From a virus, in IMG/VR virus record IMGVR_UViG_3300032053_000039, positions 1 through 64,000 of that record: a stretch of 64,000 nt of DNA; one strand, 5' to 3'. The notes under the pieces were generated by a model. It worked only from the letters and a program-made list of their open reading frames with translations. It ran no database searches and was not told where the DNA came from. Shown here piece after piece: positions 9,906-19,800 of the stretch. Position numbers and translations under genes: made by a program. Within the stretch, counting starts at the first letter, position 1. The number at the start of each line of letters is the position of its first letter.

Positions 9906-10997
9906 CTAAAAATCCTCATCTAATGAAATATCATCAACATCCGAGAAATCAAAACTATCCTCTTTTTCTTTTTTCATATGGTGTCTTACAGAATCTCTTT
10001 TCAAATTATTTATTTTTGATTTTAGTACCCTTGGAAGTTTTAATCCACTATTAACCATAGTAACTCGTATTGCGTTATTTAGTAGGGGATCTACGAACAT
10101 ACCTAGTCGAGAGATTGCGCTACCGCAAGTCTGCTTTGTAATGTCAAAAACTTTAGATGAGAACTTTGTAAATACTCCAGTTGTAGGTAGATCAATGCTC
10201 ACCAAGTATGCAAGAGTATCTTTATAATTAAATCCTTCTATGAAACAGGAATTAAAAAGTTTTGCTTTAAGATCTTCTTCAGAAAGAGAATCAACTTCTT
10301 TAGCGGTGAAGTACATATCTCTAATATCAGTTAAACCATTTCCGTATTGAATTATACGAAGTATCTCAGCTTTATCTATAGAACCTATACCTGTCTGGCT
10401 TATTTTTCCTTCCCTCAAAAGACCAAGAACAGATACAAGACGTATTACAATATATTCGTTTATTTTCTTCCACCAATCTTCACTAAGTCCTACTTTATTT
10501 ATAAGGTATTCATTATCTGCAAGAACAAACATATGAGCTCCACACTCTTTTAATTGCTTGAGTGTTTTCATTGCATTATCCATTGCAAGCATACCAAGCA
10601 TTTTTGGTGGAAGCGTTACAAGTACTCCAACTTTATGTCCTGACTCTCTAGCTATTTCAACAGCAGGTATTATAGAAGATCCACCAGTTCCTCCTCCTAA
10701 CCCTGCAAGAAATATTTGCATTTTCCCTTCTTCCATTTTAGAAAGAAGAAACTTTTTAAATTCAATCATATGATCATTAAGTATCTCTCTTCCTTTTAAG
10801 GGGGATCCTCCAGATCCTGTTCCTGATACTAAAAGAAGATCTTTTTCATTTATTCCAGAACCACGAACATCTACAACATCACTATTATAATAGGTAGTTC
10901 TATACCCGAGTTTTTGAAATTCTAAGGCTATTCTACTTCCACACATTCCTAATCCAGTTAGCTGGACACTATCTTTCAATAAATCGTCAATTTTCAT
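9906..10997 (-). CDS. FtsZ/tubulin-family GTPase (PhuZ/TubZ-like)
   Basis: GLGMCGSRIA, GTGSGG, signature GLGGGTGGS, LADNE, T7-loop-like SIDKAE, acidic C-terminal tail. Confidence 0.92.
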   Translation of the reverse strand: MKIDDLLKDSVQLTGLGMCGSRIALEFQKLGYRTTYYNSDVVDVRGSGINEKDLLLVSGTGSGGSPLKGREILNDHMIEFKKFLLSKMEEGKMQIFLAGLGGGTGGSSIIPAVEIARESGHKVGVLVTLPPKMLGMLAMDNAMKTLKQLKECGAHMFVLADNEYLINKVGLSEDWWKKINEYIVIRLVSVLGLLREGKISQTGIGSIDKAEILRIIQYGNGLTDIRDMYFTAKEVDSLSEEDLKAKLFNSCFIEGFNYKDTLAYLVSIDLPTTGVFTKFSSKVFDITKQTCGSAISRLGMFVDPLLNNAIRVTMVNSGLKLPRVLKSKINNLKRDSVRHHMKKEKEDSFDFSDVDDISLDEDF

Positions 10998-11040
10998 TCG
11001 TAGTCCCCTTTAATTCATATGACTTTTTTATTATTTTATA

Positions 11041-11451
11041 TTATTTTATATTAGTATTTAAAGATAAAAGATAACATGTTGTTATTTTATAGCAAACGTC
11101 TTCAAATGTACAAGATATGCAATTCTTTATATGCTCCACATAATTGTTAACCATTTCTTTTTTTATATGATCAATACTATTAAAACCTTGAAGATCTATA
11201 GCAAATTTTTTACTTCCTTTGTATTCTTCAAGATCAGTTAAATCTTCTAAATTAAAATCTTCTACTTTCTCATCTTCTGGAATATCATATCTCATTTTAA
11301 ATAAAGTATCGACATCCATTTTTACAAAAATCTTTAGTAGAGGAGGACTCATATTTCCGAAACAAGGTGGAATATTTTCTTTTTTAAGTCTTGCTTCCAA
11401 AAGGGATTCTAAAGAGTCACCTATCCCATTGACATTTATGTCAGTAGTCAT
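11041..11451 (-). CDS. Cys-containing hypothetical protein
   Basis: 136 aa with PPCFG and CISCTFEDVC. Confidence 0.7.
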   Translation of the reverse strand: MTTDINVNGIGDSLESLLEARLKKENIPPCFGNMSPPLLKIFVKMDVDTLFKMRYDIPEDEKVEDFNLEDLTDLEEYKGSKKFAIDLQGFNSIDHIKKEMVNNYVEHIKNCISCTFEDVCYKITTCYLLSLNTNIK

Positions 11452-11606
11452 TTTTTACCCAATTGATCTTCATAATGACGGTCAATAATTCTTCTAATCA
11501 ATTCAGATTTTGTTACGTTTGTTTTTTGAGATTCTTTATCAAGAGTAGTATGTTGCCTTTCGGTTAAATATACCTGTGTCCTTCTGTATATTTTCTTTCT
11601 CTCCAT
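11448..11606 (-). CDS. CopG-like ribbon-helix-helix protein (52 aa)
   Basis: MERKKIYRRTQVYLTERQHTTLDKESQKTNVTKSELIRRIIDRHY; RTQVYL...SELIRR pattern; stop overlaps the next ATG; not in ORF track. Confidence 0.85.
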   Translation of the reverse strand: MERKKIYRRTQVYLTERQHTTLDKESQKTNVTKSELIRRIIDRHYEDQLGKK

Positions 11607-11639
11607 ACCTTTCTCCTGTCATACATTTACTGTACATCA

Positions 11640-11668
11640 TGTATAGTAATAAGACATAATCAAGTCAA
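11640..11668 (-). promoter_or_regulatory. sigma70-like promoter upstream of the RHH-tubulin operon
   Basis: TTGACT-17 nt-TATACA in an intergenic gap; ATACAT/ATGTAT inverted repeat at 11621-11644 overlaps the -10. Confidence 0.5.
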
Positions 11669-11682
11669 GAAAAAATTAATAA

Positions 11683-11895
11683 TTATACTATTTTTTTATA
11701 CACGTAACGAGTTCTTATATTTTTGCTAAAGAATTTACCGATAGAAGGTGATTGCATAAGTTCTTGATAGATTTCCTCTGGAATGCTTTGAAATTCATAA
11801 ATAGAACCACTATTAAAAGCTATCAAAAGGATATTGTTATCAGGATCGTAACCTATCTTAGATATCGTTGATGATTTGACCGGAATTAGTTCCAT
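11683..11895 (-). CDS. KTSC domain protein
   Basis: PVKSSTISKIGYD...FNSGSIYEF...SPSIGKFF...NIR. Confidence 0.9.
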   Translation of the reverse strand: MELIPVKSSTISKIGYDPDNNILLIAFNSGSIYEFQSIPEEIYQELMQSPSIGKFFSKNIRTRYVYKKIV

Positions 11896-13972
11896 ACTTT
11901 TTCTCCAAAAAATATTGATTTATAGATACTTCTTTATAAGTAGACTCTACCAATTCTTCAATAGTGCAATCTGCAGCATCTTTTCTATGCTTTGGAAGAA
12001 AGCAGATACTTACTTTTGTTGCATGTATTAACTGATGAGCAGATTGTATTAGCTTTTCCCCCATTAAATCATTGTCTGGAACAATAACAACTTCTTTATA
12101 CAGTCGTAATAGCTTTATTTGGTCTGGGAGAAGTCTATTGGAAAGAGCAGCAACGCATTGATTTCTTGTTCTCATGAAAAATATAGAATCAAATATTCCT
12201 TCTGTAATATATATCTTCTTTGTAGTATCTGAAAATTTATCTATACCAAATAAGAGATCATTTCTTCCATAAGATCCGTACTCTTTACCACTACCAAAAG
12301 TGCTTCTCATAAAATAATTTCTTAATATTCCTTTTTGATAGATTGGTATAAGTATCCATCCAAAATATCTTTTGAATTCTATATTAAAGGCATCATTAAT
12401 AGAACCCATTTTCCATTCTACAATTTCTTTAGGGGTTATGCCTCGTTCTGAAAGATATGGGTGAGTTTCTAATAAACGATGTCCTGGTATAACAATTTCT
12501 TTGTTTTCAGATTCAATTAAAGAAACAGACCTCGAGTTTATAAAATTCTCAAGGAACTTTCTAACTTCCTCATCAGAGTTTCCACCTGTAAGGAATTTTT
12601 TAAGATAATTCTTGGATTCCTCAAAATTTAATCCTTTGCTATTAAGTAGTGTAAATAAGTTACCCTTAAAATGACAATTGTGTACTGCAATCCCATTAAC
12701 AGTATATGAATGATCCCTTTCTACAGTTAGATCAAATACTCTTCTATTTTTACAAGGGAATATCTTTTTATCAACGATTCTATATAGAATTTTATCTTCA
12801 AGTATGATACTATCTAATTTTTTAGATTCTTTAATCCACCAAGATACAATAAAACTTTTTTTATGGTTTACTCCATTTTTATCTATATGCTCTGAATGTA
12901 TCCTCAAAGATGGCGAAAATCCAAGATTGCATAAAATAATTTTTAGTTGATAAGCTAATGTTTTAGATACAGTTGCAGCCGTTTTTAATCCATTCCTTGA
13001 AATATACCCATCTCCCAAGTAATAGCCCTCTATCAAAGATTCTAATATTTCTTTTGGATAAGATAAAAATTCAAACGGAACTTTTTTATTAATAGAGGTA
13101 TGTCCGCAAATATCATCCAACCATCTTCCAATTATAACATTAGGAATTAACACCGATAAACTATGTTTACTATTTTTATGTAAATACTCTTTACATTCAA
13201 TATCGAACAAACTTTTCGATATTTCATATATTTTTCTAACAAGATGCTTTTTAGTGGTATTATTTATATTAAATAAAGCTCCTCTATTAAGAGATCCTTC
13301 TGCAATATATAATCCTATAAGCCATGCTACGTCCTTTGTAACTTTTATATTATTTTTAAAAATTTTAGGAATCTTTCCAAAAGTTTTTTTGTATTTATCT
13401 ACATCTATACTTATAACAGGATCTTTTACAAATTCTTTTATTTTAGGGATATATACCCAATCATCTATATTTATATCCTTCGCCTCAGATTCTTTAAAAT
13501 CTGAAGTTATTAACACTCTTTCTCCTTTTTTTCTTTTATCTATCCCTTTTTTAAATCTTCCATAAAAAACATCTTCATTCTTATATATAAAAAATTTATG
13601 ATCTTCGGTACAAACTATTGGAGATCCTTCTTTGGAAATTGAAAATTCTACCATATTTCCAGAATATTCTTTTTCTAAAATTCCTAAAACCTTATTAAAA
13701 TTACCATTATGAGTTAAAACAGAATCTCCAATTTTAACTGATTCTATAGCTACTATAGAATCTCTTAACACTACAGGAGTACTAGGATCAAAACATCCAA
13801 AACAATGTATTGCACCCGTTTCTTTATGAACATGCATAGACGGGTTTCTTTCAACGTGATTAGGATTAAGACATTTTATTTTTACATTATCAGAACCTGC
13901 TGCTTTATATTCAATACCTAAATCTTTTAAGACATCAAGTACCTTTATTTGTATTAAGGTATTACGAAGCAT
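11858..13972 (-). CDS. dnaG: DnaG-like DNA primase containing an intein
   Basis: CHC2 zinc finger CLNPNH...PS...HCFG|C; TOPRIM TEGIFD and PDND; KDAAD. Confidence 0.9.
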   Translation of the reverse strand: MLRNTLIQIKVLDVLKDLGIEYKAAGSDNVKIKCLNPNHVERNPSMHVHKETGAIHCFGCFDPSTPVVLRDSIVAIESVKIGDSVLTHNGNFNKVLGILEKEYSGNMVEFSISKEGSPIVCTEDHKFFIYKNEDVFYGRFKKGIDKRKKGERVLITSDFKESEAKDINIDDWVYIPKIKEFVKDPVISIDVDKYKKTFGKIPKIFKNNIKVTKDVAWLIGLYIAEGSLNRGALFNINNTTKKHLVRKIYEISKSLFDIECKEYLHKNSKHSLSVLIPNVIIGRWLDDICGHTSINKKVPFEFLSYPKEILESLIEGYYLGDGYISRNGLKTAATVSKTLAYQLKIILCNLGFSPSLRIHSEHIDKNGVNHKKSFIVSWWIKESKKLDSIILEDKILYRIVDKKIFPCKNRRVFDLTVERDHSYTVNGIAVHNCHFKGNLFTLLNSKGLNFEESKNYLKKFLTGGNSDEEVRKFLENFINSRSVSLIESENKEIVIPGHRLLETHPYLSERGITPKEIVEWKMGSINDAFNIEFKRYFGWILIPIYQKGILRNYFMRSTFGSGKEYGSYGRNDLLFGIDKFSDTTKKIYITEGIFDSIFFMRTRNQCVAALSNRLLPDQIKLLRLYKEVVIVPDNDLMGEKLIQSAHQLIHATKVSICFLPKHRKDAADCTIEELVESTYKEVSINQYFLEKKYGTNSGQIINDI
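12677..13795 (-). mobile_element. LAGLIDADG intein in the primase zinc finger (373 aa)
   Basis: starts CFDPSTPV, CTEDH, WLIGLYIAEG and LIEGYYLGDG, ends AVHN before Cys. Confidence 0.92.
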
Positions 13973-14177
13973 ATCTGGCTATCCAACCTTTACTTATTAA
14001 AAAGTCCAATTGTTCCTTTTCCCGAACTTTATCTAAATCATTAGTAATAAGCCAAGTCTCTATTTTAGCCATTCTACTAGGTGTTACATAATATGGATAT
14101 TCATCTCTAATAAGGACTCGTTCACTGTCATGAACATCAAATATTATATCCGCACATTTAAAACTACAAACGTACAT
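13962..14177 (-). CDS. hypothetical protein
   Basis: 71-aa ORF coupled between the loader and primase genes. Confidence 0.65.
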   Translation of the reverse strand: MYVCSFKCADIIFDVHDSERVLIRDEYPYYVTPSRMAKIETWLITNDLDKVREKEQLDFLISKGWIARYAS

Positions 14178-14179
14178 AA

Positions 14180-14905
14180 TTATTTCTTTAGCTCCCCTGA
14201 TGCTAAAGGGCTTGAAAAACTTCCTCGTATTTCAAGTTGTTTATAACTTCTCGAAAGAACAATTCTTGATTGAAGATAATCTTTATCTATTTTTTCTATT
14301 GGTGTATTAGAAGTGCATATAAAAATCTTTCCATTATTAACTGCGTTATTTAACCAATTATAAAGATTTATCTTTGTATAATCTCCTTTGGCAATACATC
14401 GAGTTGTGTCAAACATATCGTCTATAACATATATTTTATGAGTATCAAACTCTTGAAATGATATTTTTTCCTTACTAAAATCTGTGAAGGCGTTAAGAAG
14501 ATCTTGCATAGAAATAAATCTAACAGAAAGTCCTTCTTTAATAAAAGCAGTTCCTAATATAACTGCAAGAGTAGTATGGCATGAGTTTTCTTCAGATCCC
14601 CATATCCAAACTACCTGAATTTTATCATCAAATATTGAATGAGGATTACTTATATACTTTTTTATAGTATCTATATTTAAGTCGTTATGCAACTTAATAG
14701 GGGGCTTAAGAAATTTTTCTGAAAGATTTATGTATTGGTCAAGAGTATATCCCCAGAATATTCTTGGAATATATGCTCCTATAAGTTTAGTCTCAAGATT
14801 TATTCTAGCTTCTTTTTCCTTTCTGCAATCGCAAGGGTATGCTACTGTTTCTCCGTTCTCTTCAATTGAGATAAATGTAGTATTGTGACATTTAGGGCAA
14901 TTCAT
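14180..14905 (-). CDS. DnaC/IstB-like helicase loader with a degenerate P-loop
   Basis: N-terminal CPKC...PCDC; Walker-A position WIWGSEENSCHTT; Walker B VIDDM; CTSN; next to primase. Confidence 0.7.
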   Translation of the reverse strand: MNCPKCHNTTFISIEENGETVAYPCDCRKEKEARINLETKLIGAYIPRIFWGYTLDQYINLSEKFLKPPIKLHNDLNIDTIKKYISNPHSIFDDKIQVVWIWGSEENSCHTTLAVILGTAFIKEGLSVRFISMQDLLNAFTDFSKEKISFQEFDTHKIYVIDDMFDTTRCIAKGDYTKINLYNWLNNAVNNGKIFICTSNTPIEKIDKDYLQSRIVLSRSYKQLEIRGSFSSPLASGELKK

Positions 14906-14917
14906 TTGTAGACCTTC

Positions 14918-15406
14918 CTATTCACATAAATAATTTTTCATACAATCTACAAAATCTTCCCAGCGCATAAGTACATATTCCTTACCTGATTCTGTAAATT
15001 TTATGAGAGCCATCTCGACCTTTTTAGATCGAATATAAATATTTAAAAGCTCCTCATATGTAAATAATATACTTTTACCCTTTGAGTTGAAGTGGAACGG
15101 AGGGTTTATTTCCATAGTAAAATCTTGTTTTCTAACTAGAGCAAAATTCTTTCCTCTAGATTCAAATCCAAACCTAAGAATAGGTATTTTATTAACTTGT
15201 TTAGATTCTTTCTCAACTTTAAGAAGTACTCCCAATTTTATGGAATAATTATCCTTATGTGTAAATTTATCCTCTACTAAAAAAGTATCATTAGATAAAT
15301 CTGATTTTTTATTCCATAACGCACCCGAAGCAACATGTGCTCTTCCCTTTATATTCTCGGCTGCTTTCTTTTCTCTTTTCTGAGATATCTTTTTATTCGT
15401 AATCAT
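14918..15406 (-). CDS. PD-(D/E)XK nuclease, Holliday-junction-resolvase-like
   Basis: REKKAA...SGA...SD...LVEDK motif; adjacent to recA. Confidence 0.65.
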   Translation of the reverse strand: MITNKKISQKREKKAAENIKGRAHVASGALWNKKSDLSNDTFLVEDKFTHKDNYSIKLGVLLKVEKESKQVNKIPILRFGFESRGKNFALVRKQDFTMEINPPFHFNSKGKSILFTYEELLNIYIRSKKVEMALIKFTESGKEYVLMRWEDFVDCMKNYLCE

Positions 15407-15503
15407 ATATCCACTATTATATAATTATTTAAGTTAACTTTAATATTAAAAAATAAGTCTACATAACTAAGAGGAACGGGATACTCTTTAGATTTCCAAG
15501 TCA

Positions 15504-16889
15504 TTACTTTATTTTAATATCCTTATATAACTCTCCTACGAATTGGGGATTTCCTTTAAAGAATTCTACCAGTTTATTCATACCTTGGAATGTCTCCCCT
15601 TTAGTTTTATAATAAGGACCTGCTCGCTCTATAAGATTTTTTATAACTCCGAGAGATACTATCTCAGCAATATGATCTATTCCTATAGGGAAAGAAGTTC
15701 CCGGCCTGAAATAATAATCATAGGTGAACATGTCACCAGGAGCATTAAGTTTGTTTTTATCAGCACGGATTCGTATTTTTTGACCATAGAAGTTGTCTTG
15801 AAATTTAGCTTCTGTTCCATCTTCCTTTAACCAGCATTCTCTTTTCACTTCAATAATAGAAGCGCTATGATGCCCTACTGCATTTCCACCACTAAATGAA
15901 TCAGGACCTGCGTGAAATGCTGTAAGGTTGGATCGTACCTGCGACAATATAAATAATGTTGGCTTGTATGCTTCTAATTCATCTTCCATATCGGTAGGTG
16001 CAAAAGAGGATACAACATACCGCATAAGCTTTCCATTTGCTTTAGCCTCACTTCCCATATCAGCTTGACCTGCTTCTCTTTCTCGTATATAGCGAGGAAC
16101 AGCTCCTTGAAGAGAATCCCAAACAACAATGTCAACACCACGTTCCTTTATAATAGGTCTTAAAAGTTCTACACCTTCTTCAGTATCTTCTGGCTGCGCT
16201 ACCATAAGCCTTTCTGGAATGATACCACAGGCTATTAAATAATCCTGAGTTGCCATTTGTATCACTTCCTGTTCTTGTACAGTAAGCTTCTTGACCCATT
16301 TCTCTTTTTCTTTTACCATCTTTTTTTCATCATCAGAAAGAGTAACTTTCTCTTTAAGATCTTCTATTTCTGCTACAATGGTGTTGTAATCAAGTTCATC
16401 AACTTCTCGTTCTCCATAATCAGTGGTTTGAATTATTCTTTTCACTTTTATTATTCGAGGATCTTCCATTTGTAAATTATCTTCATAATCCACAAACAAT
16501 ACTTTTTTAGGTTCTGGTTTTTTACATTCACATACAGGAATAAGAAGCATATATTTTAATATAGCAGTCCATCGATCTTCTATAGAAGCTTCATAAAACT
16601 CAGGAAGAACACCTCGGCACACTCTACAACATCTTTGAGCAAACGCAGTTGTTTGATTGATCAAAGCGTTCTTACCACTCGAACGCGATCCAAAAATCAT
16701 TATTATTCTTTTGTATGCAAATCCTCCTCCGGTGAGTTCATCTACAGAAAAAGATCCGGAAAAATATCTTTTAAGATATACTGACTTGGCTTTATCCAAA
16801 GTCGTTATCTTATTTGTTTTATACTTTTTATTTATCTCTAAAATACTGGCTGGTAATTCAAACATAAAATCCTCCCTTATTTTGTCCAT
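15504..16889 (-). CDS. recA: RecA/UvsX-like recombinase with insertions
   Basis: SGSFSVDELTGGG, GSRSSGK, VVWDS, ILSQVR, SGGNAVGH, KNK. Confidence 0.88.
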   Translation of the reverse strand: MDKIREDFMFELPASILEINKKYKTNKITTLDKAKSVYLKRYFSGSFSVDELTGGGFAYKRIIMIFGSRSSGKNALINQTTAFAQRCCRVCRGVLPEFYEASIEDRWTAILKYMLLIPVCECKKPEPKKVLFVDYEDNLQMEDPRIIKVKRIIQTTDYGEREVDELDYNTIVAEIEDLKEKVTLSDDEKKMVKEKEKWVKKLTVQEQEVIQMATQDYLIACGIIPERLMVAQPEDTEEGVELLRPIIKERGVDIVVWDSLQGAVPRYIREREAGQADMGSEAKANGKLMRYVVSSFAPTDMEDELEAYKPTLFILSQVRSNLTAFHAGPDSFSGGNAVGHHSASIIEVKRECWLKEDGTEAKFQDNFYGQKIRIRADKNKLNAPGDMFTYDYYFRPGTSFPIGIDHIAEIVSLGVIKNLIERAGPYYKTKGETFQGMNKLVEFFKGNPQFVGELYKDIKIK

Positions 16890-19800
16890 ACTTCTTGAAT
16901 ATCTACATCCACCTTAAGTGGCATGGTTACTTTTGGAATATTCTCGGTCATACATTTTACAAATACAGGAGATAACTCCTCTACATACTTATCAGGGCTT
17001 TCTATTAAGATACTATCATGAATAGTTCCTACAAGCATTGTTCTATACTGAGGATTTTTTTCTATCCACTCCTGACATCTTGAAATTCCCATAGCGGTTA
17101 TATCATTAGCAGAGCTTTGAATTTTTGTGTTTGTTGCCTGCCGCAGAGCTTTTCCTTTTTCTATATCATTACTACTAAGTGCTTTTGAAAGATATCTTTT
17201 TCTTCCATAAAGAGTTTCTACATATCCGTACTGCTGAACGAATATTTCGTTATCATGTATAAATTTTTTAACATTTGGATAGGTACTGAAGAATTTATTC
17301 ATAAAGTTAAGCGCAGCTATCTCTGTTATTCCTAAATCTTCTGCAAGAGATCGAGCCTGTAGACCAAAAATTATTCCAAAATTTATTGCTTTCGCTGAAG
17401 ATCTTAATTTCTCATGTTCTGGTTTTTTCTTATCAAAAGAATCAAAAGGTACTCCAAACATTACACATGCAGTATAAGTATGAAAATCATGTCCGGATGC
17501 AAAAGCTTTTATCATACTAGTATCATCAGACATCATTGCAAGAACACGAAGCTCTATCTGTGAATTATGACTTACAAACCCATTTGCTATGTAGCTGTGT
17601 GTTTCTTCTACTTCTATATCATATGTCTCAGCAGGGCTTATTTTTTTTATATTAGATATTTTACAATATACTTGGTTCCATTCTGATATTTTGTGTAATC
17701 CAAGATCTTTATATATTTCAGGGTAGTCTTTTTTTATGAGATCAGAAGTATACTTGGATACAGATCCTTTCCTATTTCTAGTATTTTTTAATAAATTTAT
17801 ATTAGTATACTTTTTTGATTTATTTGTTAAATTAGGATGATTTCCATAAACAGGACTTGCATCAGAACTTTTAAGTATACTTAATAATTTTAATTTTTTT
17901 CTTTTACTAATAAATCCTATTTTTTCATAGAATACTTTAGTCCAATGAGACTTTATATCAAGTATATATACTGTAAATTTATATCCCCGAATTTCATGGT
18001 TTTGTTTTCTCTTTTTAGCTATAATTCCTAAAGATAATAATAATAAATGAACATCGTCTATTAATGATTCCTCAACAGAGGAACATCGAATTCTATCATC
18101 AACAGATCCATCAGTTTCAAAATATCCACGAAGCCAGGAAGATATTAAATCCTCGTTGGATTGAAAAAGAAAAGAAGGAACCCGTTTTTTAGATATACCC
18201 AAATTATTAAATACTTTTATTAAGGGCTTTGAATTAAAATTCATTGCAACAGCACCACGTCTCTCTTTGCATATACTACAAGATTCTCCAAATTGCTTGT
18301 GTAGTATATTCTCTATGTAATTTATAACATCTTTATCTTTAACACAAATGTGCCATTGTATTGTTGTCTTTCGACAATTGCTTTCAAGAGTTGTACCATT
18401 ACCACTAAGGACTCCAAAAAACTCACATAAAGAATTATTTATAAAATTAGGATATTTTTTTAATATTTTATTACTAGCATGTGTATATTCTATTTTTGGC
18501 AAAGGTATCTTGTTTTTATTGTTTAAATGAAAGGGTTGTAATGCTATAAAATCATTTTCAAAATCTAAATTTTTTAAATTTTTCCAAACATAATTTCCAT
18601 GAATATCTATAACACGAATTCTATGAAGATCTGTCATTTTTATTTTATATCCTAGCTCCGTTGTAACCTCATATACTTCCTTAACACCTTGTTTAAAGAC
18701 ATTTAGTACTTTTTTTAGAGATCCATCCTCTTGAATAACTTTTTCATTTTTTTTTAAATATTGTATTTCCTTAAGTCCTGTTTCTGTAGCAACTAGGGTA
18801 TCTCCAACAAGGCATTGGTCCAAGCAAATAAGTTTATTACCTCTTTCAGCACGAACCATATTTCTTATTTTATTATCTCTAGGTATTGTATGAAGAAAGC
18901 AGCTTGCTCTTCCTGTTGCTGTTAACTGATAATAACTCGGGTGTACCCTATGAGTAAGTTTGTCTGCTTTATTCATAAAGCCCACTAAATATGTAGAGTT
19001 CTGTTTTGACAAAGTTCTGTATTCTAATATACTTTTCAATATCGGTTTTTGATTACTAAAGAATGTTATTGCTTCTTCATCTCCTGCAGGATTTCTACCC
19101 TTTTTAGTAACATAGTTTTTATTAGGCTCAAGACCTAAAACATTGTACATTAGGTTACTTATCTCTTTTGAAGAGTTAAGATTTAACTCGTATCCAACTT
19201 TATTAAATATCTTAATTTTTATCTTTTCGATCTCTTCTTTGTTTTGACGAGCTACCTTATCCATATATTTAAAGTCTAATCGTATTCCATTCAGAGTCAT
19301 GTGTATTAAAGAATAGCAGTATTTCATAATAATATTATAAAACACATCTCGATATTCTGAATCTATCTTAGGCTTCATTATCTTATAAAGTCTATAGGTA
19401 ATATCAGAATCCATCGCTGAGTAATATTGCAAAGGAGTAAGATTTAATTCTTTTAACTTTTCTTTTCTTTTAGTTTCTATTTGGGTTCTTAATCCAAGAA
19501 GATACTTATCATATTCTGTAATAACCCCTTTTTCAGAAGATTCAAAATCATCTGGATTCCATAATTGCCCTTGTACTTCTACAGCATCTTCTTTAGCCTG
19601 ATATTTTCCTATTCCTCCGAAAGATGCGAGGATGTCTTTATATCCTCCTTCGTTGGTCATTATCCAGGATAAAGTTTCCAGCTTATAAAGAGAATTTCCA
19701 ACATCTCCTTCCGAACTCATATTTAAAGTATGGTACGCTAACATTGTATCAAACAAAACTCCATTTACTTTGAATCCTAATTGCATAAGAAAACTCAAAT

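Noticed and set aside
9906-10997. calling this a nucleus-forming phage, or the gene a host ftsZ
   Set aside because: no recognisable chimallin or multisubunit RNAP in the window; the protein lacks FtsZ NxDFAD, the FtsZ C-terminal peptide and dcw-cluster context
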